Shown in pieces: positions 1 to 16,395 of a stretch of DNA of 64,000 nucleotides; positions within the stretch are counted from its first letter, which is position 1; the number at the start of each line of letters is the position of its first letter. The DNA lies in the NCBI GenBank assembly GCA_012295275.1, contig CM022669.1, forward strand, positions 2,046,001 to 2,110,000, written 5' to 3'. The notes under the pieces were generated by a model that was not told the DNA's origin, did no database searches, and worked only from the letters and a program-made list of their open reading frames with translations. The stretch comes from Chrysomallon squamiferum. Lineage: Eukaryota > Animalia > Mollusca. A program made the translations under genes and the position numbers.

Positions 1-1
1 C

Positions 2-1352
<1,351 letters not shown>

Positions 1353-1986
1353 CGTAACGAACATGAAAGCGATATTAGCCTAACTGCCTTGACTTGTCCG
1401 GTTTTGTTTTCTTTGCGGTATTTATTTATCTTTGTCTAATTGCATATTTCATGTTATTTATGAAACTATCGAACACTAACTGGTTAGGGAGGCATCAGAC
1501 ATATAAGTCACAGTTTGTTTGATCCGTTTGATATAATGTTTACCTTATCCAGAGAACATACAAATTATAATTTCACAGATGTATCTGGTTCGTAATCCGA
1601 TTCAGTGTGATATCATAATTATTTTATAATTTTGTCCATATTTTTAGCTGTATTTATTAATTTCCTACTTCGAGAATGAACTAAAAGTGTGGTATCTGTT
1701 ATTTGTGATATTTTATTTTCTGCCATGTGCGTGCCTGTAGTGGTAAACAATTTATTTCGATGATTATTTTAAAGATTTGAGTTCTACTGGTCACTCACTA
1801 TGAGCGGAAAAACAAGGTCAAATTTCAGTTTAAATACAAAACGATTTATACCAAGATACCACTTTATCTGTCAGCTGAAGAATAATATATCTGCATGTCA
1901 TAAACATCGCCTACGCTAGCAGAACAGTGGATTAGGTCACAAAACAGGGGTGGATCCAGAGAAGGCTGGAGGCGATCCAAATCATC

Positions 1987-2033
<47 letters not shown>

Positions 2034-2890
2034 AAAAATAAGTAAAAGCAAGATATAATTTTCTTGTATTCTTTATTTTGACGTTTAAGTGAGTTGTATG
2101 TTTATGTATTGTTCAGTTTGTTTTCGTTTGTTGAGCTTTTGTTTTATTTTCACCGGCTTTGATTTTATTTAAGTATTTGATTTTTGTCTGTGATAAAAAA
2201 TAAAATTGATATTTACTCTCGTAATATATGCTTTGAGTCTATTTTTGTTTTCTCTGACAGTGTTTATATTTCTCCTATTTAGTAAAGATTTATGGGAGAA
2301 ATTACAAATTAAAAGCAAAAACAACAACGACGGCGATGAAGATAACAACATTAACACAATAATAACGGTGACGACGATAGACAATGTATCAGCGATAAAA
2401 ATAAAAAAGATTTAAAAAATGTAGTATTAGTGGGTCAGTTGTTTCTAAACGGCACGATATAATATAATTAACGGTAATGATTCTAACATTGTGCACTAAT
2501 GGGTTTCATATGTACGATCGCATCATCAAAACGTGATGTAACCCTATACGGCTTGTTTTTGAACAATCCAGTTAGCGAATAGATAATGTTACTTATCTTA
2601 CAATGGCCGGATGATGTAGTCAGCCTGATGAAGTACTTTTAGAATTTCTAGCTTTCTACTTTCGAAAGGTTGTCGAATATAAGTTAGTGTAAGCAAATGA
2701 GTAAAAAATGATTTTACCGTTAAAGGCGAGGTTCAGTAAGAAACCGATATTTCATTCTTTGAAAAAAAATAATAAAACGGGTTGTTTTTATTTTATTTAT
2801 TCCTTATCACAGTGATGCGTATAATTTATCTTACTCTGTTTATCATACATTTATATTAATTCGTTTTTTTTTAAATCATTCTGCGATAGA

Positions 2891-3003
<113 letters not shown>

Positions 3004-3626
3004 ACATATTTTTTCTAATCATTTTATTTAAGTAACACAATACCGTCAGCTTACATATAATTATAGTAACTGTAAAATTTAAAATAACACGAAAGAGTAA
3101 TATGTTATAAACAGTGACTATAATTTGTTACACAATCATATTCGTCAAATATGAAATTGTTTAAATAGAGTTTATTTATTAACAGATAAATACATGCACT
3201 ATATGTATTTTTTATGCTGAAAAGTATGAAGAGCATGAACATAATATAAACATAAAGGCCTGACTCAGCAGTGACGTAAGTAATAAATCTTTATAACATG
3301 GTTAACAGTTAATACGTTTTGAAGTGGAACACCAGTGACGTATTAATATTGTTTAAATTACGTTAACATTGAATACAAATGACTGTTTATGCCGGCTGAA
3401 TCATGTTAACGCTGAATAGTAATAACGTAACACATTAAATAATTAAATGATCAGTTTATTATGCACCCATCGTACATTATAAAACAACAGACGACATACT
3501 TTTCAAAGCGAGTATGTCTTTAACTTTGCATTCATTCATTCATTCGTACATGATATCACAGATTATTAAGAAAAGTCTTAAAAATTAAAAGCTACCGTTC
3601 AGTCGTTCTATAAATTAAAAACAAAG

Positions 3627-3716
<90 letters not shown>

Positions 3717-4252
3717 AATAATAATAATAAATAAATAAATAAATAAATAAGTAAACAAATTACTAAATACTTATCTAAGAATAAGAAAGCGGACATAGTC
3801 TTTGATGCAAATAAATGATTATTTACTTGTCACGTATTCTGAATGTAGGCACTGTGATTAATCCACATCAACGAGTCGCTTAATACATTTTTAAACTAAA
3901 CTACGTCTCACTAGCATGTCCTCCTATTTCAACTTCAGTTCCAGGAGCAATCCATATATTTCATTTATTTTTAGGAATGTCAAAATTCTTACAGGAATGC
4001 CAAAATCTTTTTAAGAATATCAAAGTACTATCCCATAATTATGAATTTTTTTCTTGTCATTGCTGAATGGAATATATAAAATATTGCACAGCTGTCCCTT
4101 TGGCAACGGTTTCCGAGGGAACTATAATACTGTCATGTTGGTAATGACGTCAGTTTATGGACGGAATGTTAGTCACAAAGATAACTAGAAATAAAGATGT
4201 CATGTCTGCACACTTTAAGTTTAATGTTCTTTCTTTTCTGCTTGGCGTGACT

Positions 4253-6307
4253 CTACAGACCTGAAATAACAAGTGAACGAATAATTTAGTAATTTAAACT
4301 TTACCGCAAACTCGTTTCTTTATTCGTGCCTTCTTGGTGTTAATTTTATTTATAAATCTGTGAAGACTAATCGAAATTATGTCTAAATTATTCAACTCGT
4401 TACAAATCATTAATAGAAATTAAATAAAATTTAAATTACAGTCTACGAAAAAAGAAAAACTTCTTTGAGAGAAAAAGTTCATGTATGTATTCCGAATACT
4501 AGGATGAGGCGTTTAAATGTTTAAGTATTTTTAACTCAAGGCGATAGATACATGTATTTTATTATTAAATAAGAAAGTTACAAATTCAAAGAAATTTTGT
4601 TTTGGCTATGTAAAATCATAAAGGGAAAAAATGAAATGTTACAACTAAAATACCTTTACAAATGGTGAGCAATATTTTTTCCTGGATCGAGGATAACTCG
4701 TCGTAGTCGTTGACTTGGATAATGTGATTGCTTCCTCTCCCATTGCTGAGCAGCTCCAGATCGTTTTTGTTGTAGTTTGTTCCGACGTACACAACATAGG
4801 TTTCTATCTTCAGAAATTTGTTTCGTTTGGCTTCGATGAAAACCGGGTAACTGAGGGGAACGCTCTCGTCAATGAAGAGGACTACAGTTTTCTGTATTCC
4901 TTTTCTTCCTTTTGCCAGAACTCTTCTTGTTCGCCTCAGTAGTTTCCCTAAATCAGTAAACTCGACAGATTTCAGTCTGTCATGCGCATCTTTCAAACTC
5001 TCCAACTGATTGTGGTTGACGGCTGAAACAAAGTGAGTTCTGCTGAAGAGGACGGCAGTTTCTACAAATGTTGGGTCAATGTCTTTAAGAAAAAGCTGGA
5101 TGACATTCAGGATCTTCTCTGTATTAACGCTGCCAATGGCGATGTGGTCGACAGGAAACACAATGTCAACGGGACGAGTTGGAGTACAAACTGGTTGATT
5201 GCTCTGTGGTTGCATGGTCGGGTCGATCTGAACTGAAAAACAAATATTTGTCTGGTATATAATCTGTTTTAGTAAAAAGTGTCATAAATGTCAGCAGTCG
5301 TATTTGACAGCTCTGACATTATTTAAGAAAAAAAGAAAAAAAAAAGGATAAAAAACGCGAACGGATACACGAAAATGTTAAAATGTCATACAATTACAGA
5401 AATGTAGCGGACACACCTACAGACATCGAGCTTGTAAAATATAAATCCTATGAGCTTGAAATATACGCTGTAATTTAACAACTTAAACAAATGTAATATA
5501 AAATATATTTTAATTGTATAATAAATAACTAACTTTAATATTAGTCTTATCATAAAATCATTATACTCACAGTTACAGTGATGAATATGCATAATATTAG
5601 AGAGTGAGTCGACGATGCTGAAGTCGTCCGACGCGAAAACGAATTCAGACGCCGGACGAGTTGATATTTCTTCTGTTTCTCTCTTATCTACGTTGCCGCC
5701 AAAAGCGACAATGTACACGTATGTGCCAGTCTTCTTTAAAAGGTTCGCTTCTAGTCGAGTCATCTTGGGGGTCTGACTATGACCACTGGTCAGCAGGATA
5801 ACAACGTGGGCGACAGACTGTCTGGCTATACCAGCAGAGAATGCTTTCGTGCGCAGATATCTGAGAACCTGGGCTGTGTCTCGCCTGCCCCCAACTTGCG
5901 GGGCAGATTTAATCGATTCCTTCAGATCTTTAAAATTCTTTTTTGAGCCAAGTCGTGAAGCCGTCATGACGTTGTTGCCGAACGACAAGACGCCGATTCT
6001 GGCTGTGTCCCGTTTCATATAAAACAAAGGCGTCAAGTGCGTTAGAAATTGTTTCTGTCTCTGGAATTCTTCTTCGGTGACGTCGTTAGAAGTATCAAGA
6101 ACGAAGTAGACGTCGGCCGCTTTCCCGCCGCATCCTATAATATAAAAACAAACAAAGGATGGTTACATTCAATCATTGTCCTTTGTGAATGCGAGGGAAA
6201 AGGAACATATATGATATGCAATGAGATAATTAAAAAAATATCGATGCAGAAAAAGCTTTGGGGGTATTTTATTGATAGTAAATTATAGATATAACAAGAG
6301 ACGCTTT

Positions 6308-6342
<35 letters not shown>

Positions 6343-7047
6343 TCTATTTATCTATTTATTTTTGTTGCGTAAGATATAAAAATATCGCAAGTTATTAATT
6401 TGAATAAATCGTAATTTCAAGATATTAAAATGGGAATATAAGTAACAAGTTATTTACTAGCAAAAGCTGACCTTTTGGCACAGTTTTGTATGCCCGTGCA
6501 CCGCTTTGTTGCAGCCAGGAATGTGGATCTGACTGCATCATTGAGTCATCCCGACCTGAAATAATTATATATATATATATATATATATGCCATAATCTAA
6601 TAAGGCTGTAACATATAATATACAGTAATTATTCCCAAACCTCGATTCGTCTGTGTATCTCCTAAAGGGCATCAACATGACATTAATACATTCTGCCGTA
6701 ATAACGTTTACAAATATCAAAATTTCTGTTTCGAAAATAATCATATTATGTGACTCCAAGGATTTTAGATAAGAGACTGTCGACCAGCAAATTAATTAGT
6801 GATTGTTCTAGTAAGAATTAGAGATGATTGTGGCATGAAAGTGACCTTTTTATTCTCTTTGAGTACAGAAAATTTAAAAATAATGAATATAAACTGTGTT
6901 AAGATTAGAACATATGCCTGAATACATAAATAAAATATGACTTACCGATTTTGTATGTCCATATTTTATTGATCTGAAAAATAAAACAAATAATTAAAAT
7001 TAACTGATCTGAAAATTAAAAATTATTTTGGTTAAAAACTACTTAAA

Positions 7048-7079
<32 letters not shown>

Positions 7080-7389
7080 ACAGTGGAAACGCACCTTCAC
7101 GGCTTTTAATAACTGGGTGAGACAAAAGTACCAGTAGATACAGTGAAATTAATTATTTCTCTGTCGTGTGCTCCAGCTTGAACATTACTGATACGTAGTG
7201 AAGTTAGTGATATCATACAAATGACATTACAATTTTGAATTACAACAAATTATCACTTTAGTCACGTTTACGTCTCCAGCTAGGTTAAGACAGCAGCTGG
7301 TAGAGGAATACGATTTGACATCCTGTATCAACACCGACACATTCTCCTTTCTGTTATTTTAAATATATGATTTACATATAAAAACAAAA

Positions 7390-7450
<61 letters not shown>

Positions 7451-7624
7451 GTAATAGTAGTAGTAGTAGTAGTAGTAGCATACTACTAATAATAATAATA
7501 GTAAGTGTAGTAGTAGTAGCAGTAGTAGCAGTAGTAATAGTAATAGTAAAAATAGTAGTAGTAGTACACTTACTTGTAGGACAGTTATCAAAATCAGTGA
7601 ACACAGTTTCATCTTGTTTTCCAT
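4253..7624 (-). CDS. Secreted tandem VWA-domain protein (collagen VI/matrilin-like, ~437 aa)
   Basis: Six phase-compatible GT-AG exons: 7574-7624 (MENKMKLCSLILITVLQ, signal-like), 6946-6973, 6472-6555, 5571-6134 (CGGKAADVYFVLDTSND...ARIGVLSFG...VVILLTSGHS...IVAFG, VWA1), 4654-5232 (CTPTRPVDIVFPVD...VVLFID...VVYVG, VWA2) and 4253-4260 (GL*). Total 1314 nt. Confidence 0.85.
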
Positions 7625-7773
7625 TTTGTTAAAGTATTTAAATTATTATCTCCAGCTGTTCCGAAAACTGTTTCGCAGATTTGTTTTGAGACTATGTCTA
7701 GGAAGGTAAGTCTTTTCTATAGAGAATTTGGCGAGAATGTCTTATTTATGTAGAAAGCATCCAGTTAAATTCC

Positions 7774-7783
7774 GGGGCGGGGC
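7774..7783. promoter_or_regulatory. GC box (Sp/KLF-type) upstream of the VWA gene
   Basis: Perfect GGGGCGGGGC about 150 bp upstream of the ATG at 7624 in very AT-rich context, with a TATA-like CATAAATAAG on the minus strand at 7741-7750. Confidence 0.4.
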
Positions 7784-8128
7784 GTCCTAAATCATCAGTG
7801 GTCTATTTGCTGATGTCAAGGGCTGCCCGACCTTTCATTCATACATCAGATGTCGATGTAGTAACAATACCATATATAGATAATAAAGTTCCTTTGTGGG
7901 GTTTGTATGGTATGTGCATTAGCCAATGGGATCGACACGGATGTAACTAAAAATAAACTCTCAACTCCTCGGAAGTTCGACAATTATTAATAGTCTTATT
8001 TTATTTTTAGATTTTATTAATTATACCGTAATTGTATTGTTTTAAGAATTCTCTCTCTCTCTCTCTCTCCTCAACTTTAAATAAAAGGAGACTGAATTAG
8101 GTAAGAAATTAAAAACTTTAGAAAATCT

Positions 8129-8215
<87 letters not shown>

Positions 8216-10565
8216 AGAGAGTAAAACCATTGAGCGTGTCAACGGGTGTATCTGTACGTATGTATGTGTATATATATATATATATTACATACACACATAT
8301 AAAACGCTAAAATTAATATCAGTCGGTCAGTGGATAATCGAAAGAGAGATAACATAGAGAGACAGACAGACACACAGACACACATACAGTCATATATATA
8401 TATAGATATAAACAGTTAATATTATCTGTAATGTATACCGGATGTAATCTACAAGTGCGCTGTTCAAGCGTGTGGGAGTACTGCATGTTTAGAATGTCCG
8501 CTGTATCAGCAGTGTGTAGAACTAGTGAAAATGAATTAATTACAACACAAAGAACAGATGTTAACTGTAATGCTTTATTTTAACATTCATTAAATGAGTC
8601 AAATATTTTCTCTCTTTATTTTGTTTGATATTCATCTCTTCATTTCTATTTATTTCTTTTAACTGTTCTGTGTATTCATTATTGCATTATTATTTATTTA
8701 TTTGTTTTGTTTTGTTTTTCGTTTTGTTGATATTTTTAATATCTAAAAAGTATAAACCTAATTTAAAATTACTGGATGCGTCTATCAGAAAATATTTAAA
8801 CCCTGAAGATCACCGTTTTGAAATTCCAGTTTATGTTATGATGAAAACGTAGAAAGTTTTATTTCGAAAATAAATTCCTTTCTCTATCCTGATAAAGTAA
8901 GCTATGATTAAATTAGAGAGACCGACAGTCAGACGAGCAGACAGGCTGATGATTAATATCATAATCATCATATTATTTTTATTATCATTATTATTTGCAT
9001 TGCTGTTGTGGAAGTGTTGTTATTATTACTGTGCAGTCATGCACGAATAAAATGTGACAGCCGAATTATCTGTTATAGAAATGTGATTAGATCAAACAGG
9101 ACGTTCTTCGAGTTAAGACGTTGTCATAGAGCATTCCAGAATGTCGTGGTTACTGTAGTGGTGTGAGATGTGGTGCGTACAAAAATCAATTCGCACTGGT
9201 GAGTTTTTTTTAAATTAGTTCCAGCCAGTGGTTTAAGAAAATGTTCTAATATTACATACGTGTTGTTGTTTTTGTTGTTGATGTAAAACATCCTTTCTAG
9301 CGTGATCCGTTGAATGTTAAAAAGAAAAAAAGGAGAGAGACAGACAGAAAATCAAGAAGGCGAATGAATTGTGAACAAGTATACATTAATGTGTATTTAA
9401 ATGTGTGTATGTGTATGAGTCTGTATTTTAGTATGTGTGTGTGTGGGTGTGTGTGTATGGGTGTTTGCATAATAGAATAATATTATTCGCAGGTTCGTGC
9501 TGCTTTTTTCAGTCCTACAGAGAAATATACACGGAAGGCATTAATGATTAATACTTTTTATTAAATTTAACAGAACTAATTATCTTGTATTTTCAAATAA
9601 TTACATGAAAATTGCAAACATTTAACTCGGTGAAGGATGCACTAACTGCGTCACACTGTGGAAGAACGTTGTACAGTAAGTGCACCGAACAGTGAAGTAT
9701 TTCAAACCGAATCACCACGAGACGTTTAAGTGATGCCCCATTAGATCCTGAAAAATATTCATGGAATGAAATCTTTTTGTTACAGATGGTTGCGCGTCAT
9801 AGCTTGTTAAATCTATGGCATTTGCTACAAGAAGTAGCTGAAACCAAGCAGATTAAGAATTTAAATATGCCCACGCATATTGTCGTCTGGTGAACCAATC
9901 CTTCGCAGTCATCTGCGACACTTTAATTATGACTTCGCTATGTATATATAAAACACTTGCATCATTTGCTTACACAGTTATTTATACGGCAAATCAACGT
10001 AAAAGAAGTGTAACTGGGATTGGTTACAGATTTAAAGTATGCAGTGATACATGTATGTTAGTGAAAGAATGATATTACATGTAAATGTATATAATGTATT
10101 TACATACAGTTTTGTGTATGTATGTATGTATGAATGAATACAAAAGGTGGGTGTTTTTATCAGTATGCATGTATGGCTGCTCATTCACTTTTACCTTATC
10201 AGAAACGGAAATACAAGGACCTTCGACGCTGGTTAGAATGGAAAATATCAAATGAAACTTTATAATTAATTTATAACATGAATTCATTGTACACACATAT
10301 TATGATGATTTCACTTTTGTTCATTATAAAACAATTGCATGCTATTTTGAATCCACTGCTGAAATTCCTAATTTGTCTGATGTATTTATGACTATAATTG
10401 ACATATATATATATATATATTAAATCTACTGTTTAGGTTCTGCAATTTGCCTGTGTTAATGAGCGTGTGTATACACTTATATATGTTTCATGTAATGAAA
10501 CAGAACTAGTGTTATTGTAAAAAAAAAAATTATGGTTATGTTTATGTGATAATTTATATCTGCCA

Positions 10566-10634
<69 letters not shown>

Positions 10635-11743
10635 CAGAGAGAGACCCAGAAGTTAACAATCATTATACAAGGTTTTAGTAAGGTATTCCGTGAAAGAACA
10701 GTTTATTCTATAATTTACGGTATAACACTGACTCACATTTGTAAAATGTCACTTGCTAATTGTTTGATATATGACAATTCTCAGCATAAAACATGTAATA
10801 ATCATTGCTTTATATTCAAATGAGAAATTATTAAATTGTATCTAATTATAGATACAACTTTATTACAAGAGATTAACAACGAAATCATCAAAATATAATC
10901 TACATCACAGCCAAAATCATTTAAATTTGAATTTTATTATTAAAGCAAGGACTTTAAACAGTTAACTTTTACAACAATATGTGGTTGTGCTTATGTGAAA
11001 TTTATATGTATGTACACATGAACACATGCACATATACACAGATACACAGATACATGTAATATCCACAGTAAGTGTAGTATTATGATATACGTCAGCTTGG
11101 AGGATATTGGTCTTTGTTTCTGCCTGTCTCTATGTATAAACATATTAATAAAAACTGATATTTTTAATGATTATTGGGGAATTTGGTTTGTACAACTGTG
11201 AATTAATATTACTATATTTTGAACTTTAATATCAACCACTGAATTATTTTAGATATAAATGAAATATCAAATGTATGGTTATTTCAAAATTTAAAAATTC
11301 CAGTTAAAAACTAATAATTAAATAATCATTTTTGAAGAGTACTATCTGCAGATACTGATGAAACATTTTTTTAAAAATTTCAGTACATTCTTTATTGAAC
11401 ATGAGAAAAAGTAATATTATACTATTCATATGGGTCAACACACACATACAAACATATATACACATATACACACACAAACATACACACACATACAGACATA
11501 AACACACACACACACATACATACACACAGAGATACATATCAGTAAAGAGTATGATTATTGTTAGTGTTTATCAAGTTTATACATATCTTTTATAACACTG
11601 ATTTTGTTTTGAATAAAACACTGCAGATCAGTGAACATCACTACAAAGATGTGTGAATATAGTAAGAGGAACTGATTGATAGTCCGACATCTCATGAGAT
11701 CTGAAAATTGTTTTGTACTATCTGCCAGTCTTGTAGTCAGATG

Positions 11744-13988
11744 TTACTTTACAGGACATTTGATGTAAACCTGAAATATGATAATACAGCAGATAAAAAC
11801 GTTTTAGGATATTGTCATGTGTGTTTGTATCTCTCACAGTTTCTCTCCCTCTGTTTGTCAATAACCTTTTCACTTTCCCATTGCCTCCTTCTCTGTATCC
11901 TCCATCCATCTATCCAGCCATCTATTCATCCACTCGCTTATCTTTTTTCTTTCTTTCTCTTTGTATATCTATGTGTCTGTCAATCAGTTTATGTAAAAGT
12001 GTATGTCTTTGAAAGTCTGTCATTATGTGAATAAAGTCCATGTTAAACATAGTATACAATAAAATGATTTAGTAGTTAACATTAAGATATTTACTTACAG
12101 TTTTAACTTCTGTGTATTCATGAAGAGCGTAGGATCCACTATAATGAGAAAAATAGCAAAATTGTTAGCTACAGATAACTGAATCCATAACATTGATACC
12201 TACCAGCAATTGTTTATCCAAGCTATTATCTACTTCTTACCTAAAATTGGCTACTTCTATATAGGCTACTACTACTACTACTACTACTACTGCTGCTGCT
12301 GCTACTACTACTACTACTCATACTGTTACTACTGCTACTTATACTATCACTACTACTATTATTTATACTATTTGCAATGGTACTACTTTTGCTATTGTTA
12401 CTATTGTTAACATCACCATTACTTCTACAATAATAACATATTAATAACAACAACAACAACACTAATAAAGTTAACAAAAGAGAAATGTGAAGTTTTACTC
12501 ACAGCTCTCTGCCAAACCCAGACTGCTTGTAGCCACCAAATGGAGCCTGATCTCGTACAATGTTGTAATCATTTACCCTGGAAACATTTACATTATTAAG
12601 AAACACAGCAACTAAGCAGACAACAGAAACAAACACATGTAAACTAACCAGATTGTTCCAGTCTACTCAAAAATCATGACATTTATTTAAATTAATTCAA
12701 TTAATTTATTAATTTATTTCACTTGTAAGTTGGTTATTTATTTTATTTATTGAGTTACTTACTTTTTAAATTAATTTATTCCTTATTGAATTACAGGATT
12801 AAATTAACTGACTGATCTGTACACAAACTGACCAGATTGTTCCAGCTTTCACTCTGCTGGTGAAAGCCATGACAGTGTTGATGTTTTCTGAGATCACTGC
12901 AGCAGCCAACCCATAGTCTGACCTGTTTGCCCGTTCTACTGCTTCCTCCAGAGTCTTAAACTTGAATATCTGCTGAACTGGACCAAATATCTGTTAAATA
13001 ACAATTTTAAATTGAAATATTTCTGGTTTAAAATTGCTTCAGCTTTATATTTATCTATAAATGCTATATTCATTTATTTCATCCATAAATTATTTTATTT
13101 TATTTTTATATTTTAAAAAGAACACCATAATGTGGATATTTACTTTTAATATTTTAATATTGATTTATCATTTAATATTATTTGACCCAGAATTAATAAT
13201 CTGTTTCAGAAATCGTATTTCTGTATAAATGAAGAACACAGGCTGTTGTTTTAAGCACCTCTTCTTTACCAATTGACATGTCTTCAGTCACATCGCTAAA
13301 AACTGTGGGCTCGATAAAATAACCTTTGCTTCCTATCTGTTTTCCTCCACACTGCAGTTTAGCACCATCCTTAATTCCACTGTCTATCAGGTTGAGAACC
13401 TTGTCAAACTGGGCTTTGTCCACCTGATAACAACAACAACAACAATAACAACAACAACAATAATAATAGTAACACAAACATCAAAAACAACAACAACAAT
13501 AATAATTAATAATAATAACAACAACAAATGCAGTAATAATAACAACTGTAATAATAATAGTAATAAAAAAAAAAATACAATTATTATCTGTCTTAACTAT
13601 TATATTTTATATATTACCAGTGGTGGACATTATATTAAAATAATAGTTGAAATAAATGAAATTTAAACAGCATATTAACTATGAGATGTTTCCAATAACT
13701 AATCCAGTAATTAATTATTACTTCACTGAAACTCTTTGGCTATCATTCTTACACTAATATTTTTACTACTACTACTACTACTACTACAACTAAAACTACT
13801 ACTACAACTACTAACTACAACTCTACTACTACAACTACAACAACTACTAGAACTACTACTACTACTACACTAATTACTATTATTACTACTACTATTACTA
13901 CTACTACTAACTACTACTATTACTATTACTACTACTACTATTACTACTACTACAACTACTACTAACTACTATTAATTACTACAATTTT

Positions 13989-14023
<35 letters not shown>

Positions 14024-16351
14024 ACTACTATTAATTACTACTATTAACTACTATTACTACTACTAACTACTAACTACTACTATTATCAGGACTACCACCA
14101 CCACCACCACAGCTGCTACTGTAATATTACTACAAGCATTATTATAAGTTACTAAAATTATCATCATCATCGTAGTGATATAGTGATATTTACCAGTGGT
14201 CCAAGTTCGTTTCTGTGATCAAAAGGATCTCCAACTTTTTTTGACTTGGCTCTCTCTGTACTGCGTGCAACAAACTCATCATAGATCTCCTCGTGAACAT
14301 AGGTCCTGGAGGCTGCAGCACACACCTGTCCATTGTTGAAAAACAATGCCTGGTGAGCTACTTCCACTGCCATGTCAACTACAAATATCAACCATTAACA
14401 ATAAAGATAATTAACAATTAGTAATAATAATGATAATTATAATAACGACAATCAGTAATAACAACAATTACGCCATCTCCTTCATTCTATAGAAAGAGTT
14501 GTGGCTAGTTTTTCTTAATGTGAATGATAATTTTATATATATATACGTTATTTTAAATATATTATTTATAATTTTACAATAATTCTGATTTGCCTGCAAG
14601 ATGACTTAGACTGAACAGAATGAATCTTATTATCATTTTCATATTTTTATAAATTACATCTAATTTCCGCACCATCTCTTAATCAGTCCTAGTGTGCTGC
14701 AGTGTAACTTACATTAAACACATGTACTTCAACCGTAGGGAATTCTGACTGTCAAACAAATGAGTACTGTAAACTCTCAAAGGTTGATCACTTGTATTAA
14801 TTTAACGTTGCCAAACACTTTAATTGAGGATTATGGCAATTTTATCATTTAAAATATGTTATGCATACATCTCTAAAGGTTCACTGTCAGTTATCAGCTC
14901 TAGTGTGGTAATTTCATGATAAACAGATAAGAGAGGCATTATTTTAAACCCATAACTGTCTAAAACAAATGTAAAAAAAAGTATATAAATAATAATAATA
15001 ATAATAATAACTTTAATAAACAAATAAAAAAGCTGATGTATTTTGTACACTACTGAGTGATATTACTGTTGGCATCGGCAAACACGACACATGGACTCTT
15101 TCCACCAAGTTCCAGAGTCACTCGCTTCAAGTTAGACTTAGCTGCAGCTTCCATCACAGAGCGTCCAACCTGAGAAAAACCTCAAACAAATCAAACCAAA
15201 TATAAACATTAAACTGAAGTTTTCCTAATGAAATAAAAAAGGAAATTCTTGTTTGATACATATTATATTATTTTGTATGTGTTATGTATCTGTATATAAT
15301 AATTACTTCTATTTTTTTATTTTACAGTTTAATTAATTATGGTATAATATAAATAGTAAAAGGGATGCTAGTAAATTATATTGTATTTTGTTTTTTATTT
15401 ATAGCTATATAGGTAAAAAATTAAATAAAAGACATGTAAGAATAATAATAATATTAATAATTATATATGTTTTGTTTTATTCTGCTTCACTTTACAAAAA
15501 TAGAAAAATAAAATAGAGTCGGAGAAAAAAAGAGAAAAAAATAACAAAACAAAAAAAACTTTAAATAAAATAGAGTGAAATAAAAAAAAAAACTAAACCA
15601 AACATGACAAAATGAGACAAATGTAACCTCGGTTGATCCAGTGAAAGCTATTTTGTTAATGCTAGGATGTGAGGAGAGGGCAGATCCAGCAGTAGGCCCA
15701 AACCCAGTGACGAAGTTCACCACTCCCGGGGGGAAGCCAGCCTACAGAGAAATTCATCAAAATTTATATCAATTTCATTTTCTTTTTTTAAAGACAAGAT
15801 AAGCCTACCATACTTTAACAGATCCAAAGAGGAAATGTAAACTGTAGTGTTAGAACTCACCTCCTTAACAAGAGAGGCTATGAAGAGAGCAGTGAGCGGC
15901 GTCTGTTCAGCTGGTTTCACTACCACAACGTTTCCACACGCCAACGCCGGGGCGAGCTTCCACAGCAACAGAGGCACTGGAAAGTTCCACTGAACAATGA
16001 GACGAAACAAATTTATGTTAAATAGTACTAGAAAGTAAACTGATTTCTGAGATAAAATAATGTAATATAATACTCAAAAGTTGAGATAAAATAAATCTGT
16101 GTAATACTGTGTGGTGTTAGAAAGCATAAATATACATACATTTTGAAATCAACAAGTTAATATAATATGGTGTTGAAAGTTTAACATGATGGTGTTTAAT
16201 TTTAAAGATGATAATAATTAATACTCACTGGCAAAATAATTCCACAAATACCAACAGGTTCATGTTTGGTGTAGCAGAAGTAATTTCCATCTGTAAAAAT
16301 AATTCATATTATACTGGTCAGATACTAAAATGCACATTAACAAAGAGAATT

Positions 16352-16395
<44 letters not shown>

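Noticed and set aside
9640-9750. Possible minus-strand exon (GSNGASLKRLVVIRFEILHC...)
   Set aside because: It has splice-like ends but no recognisable protein and no partner exons.
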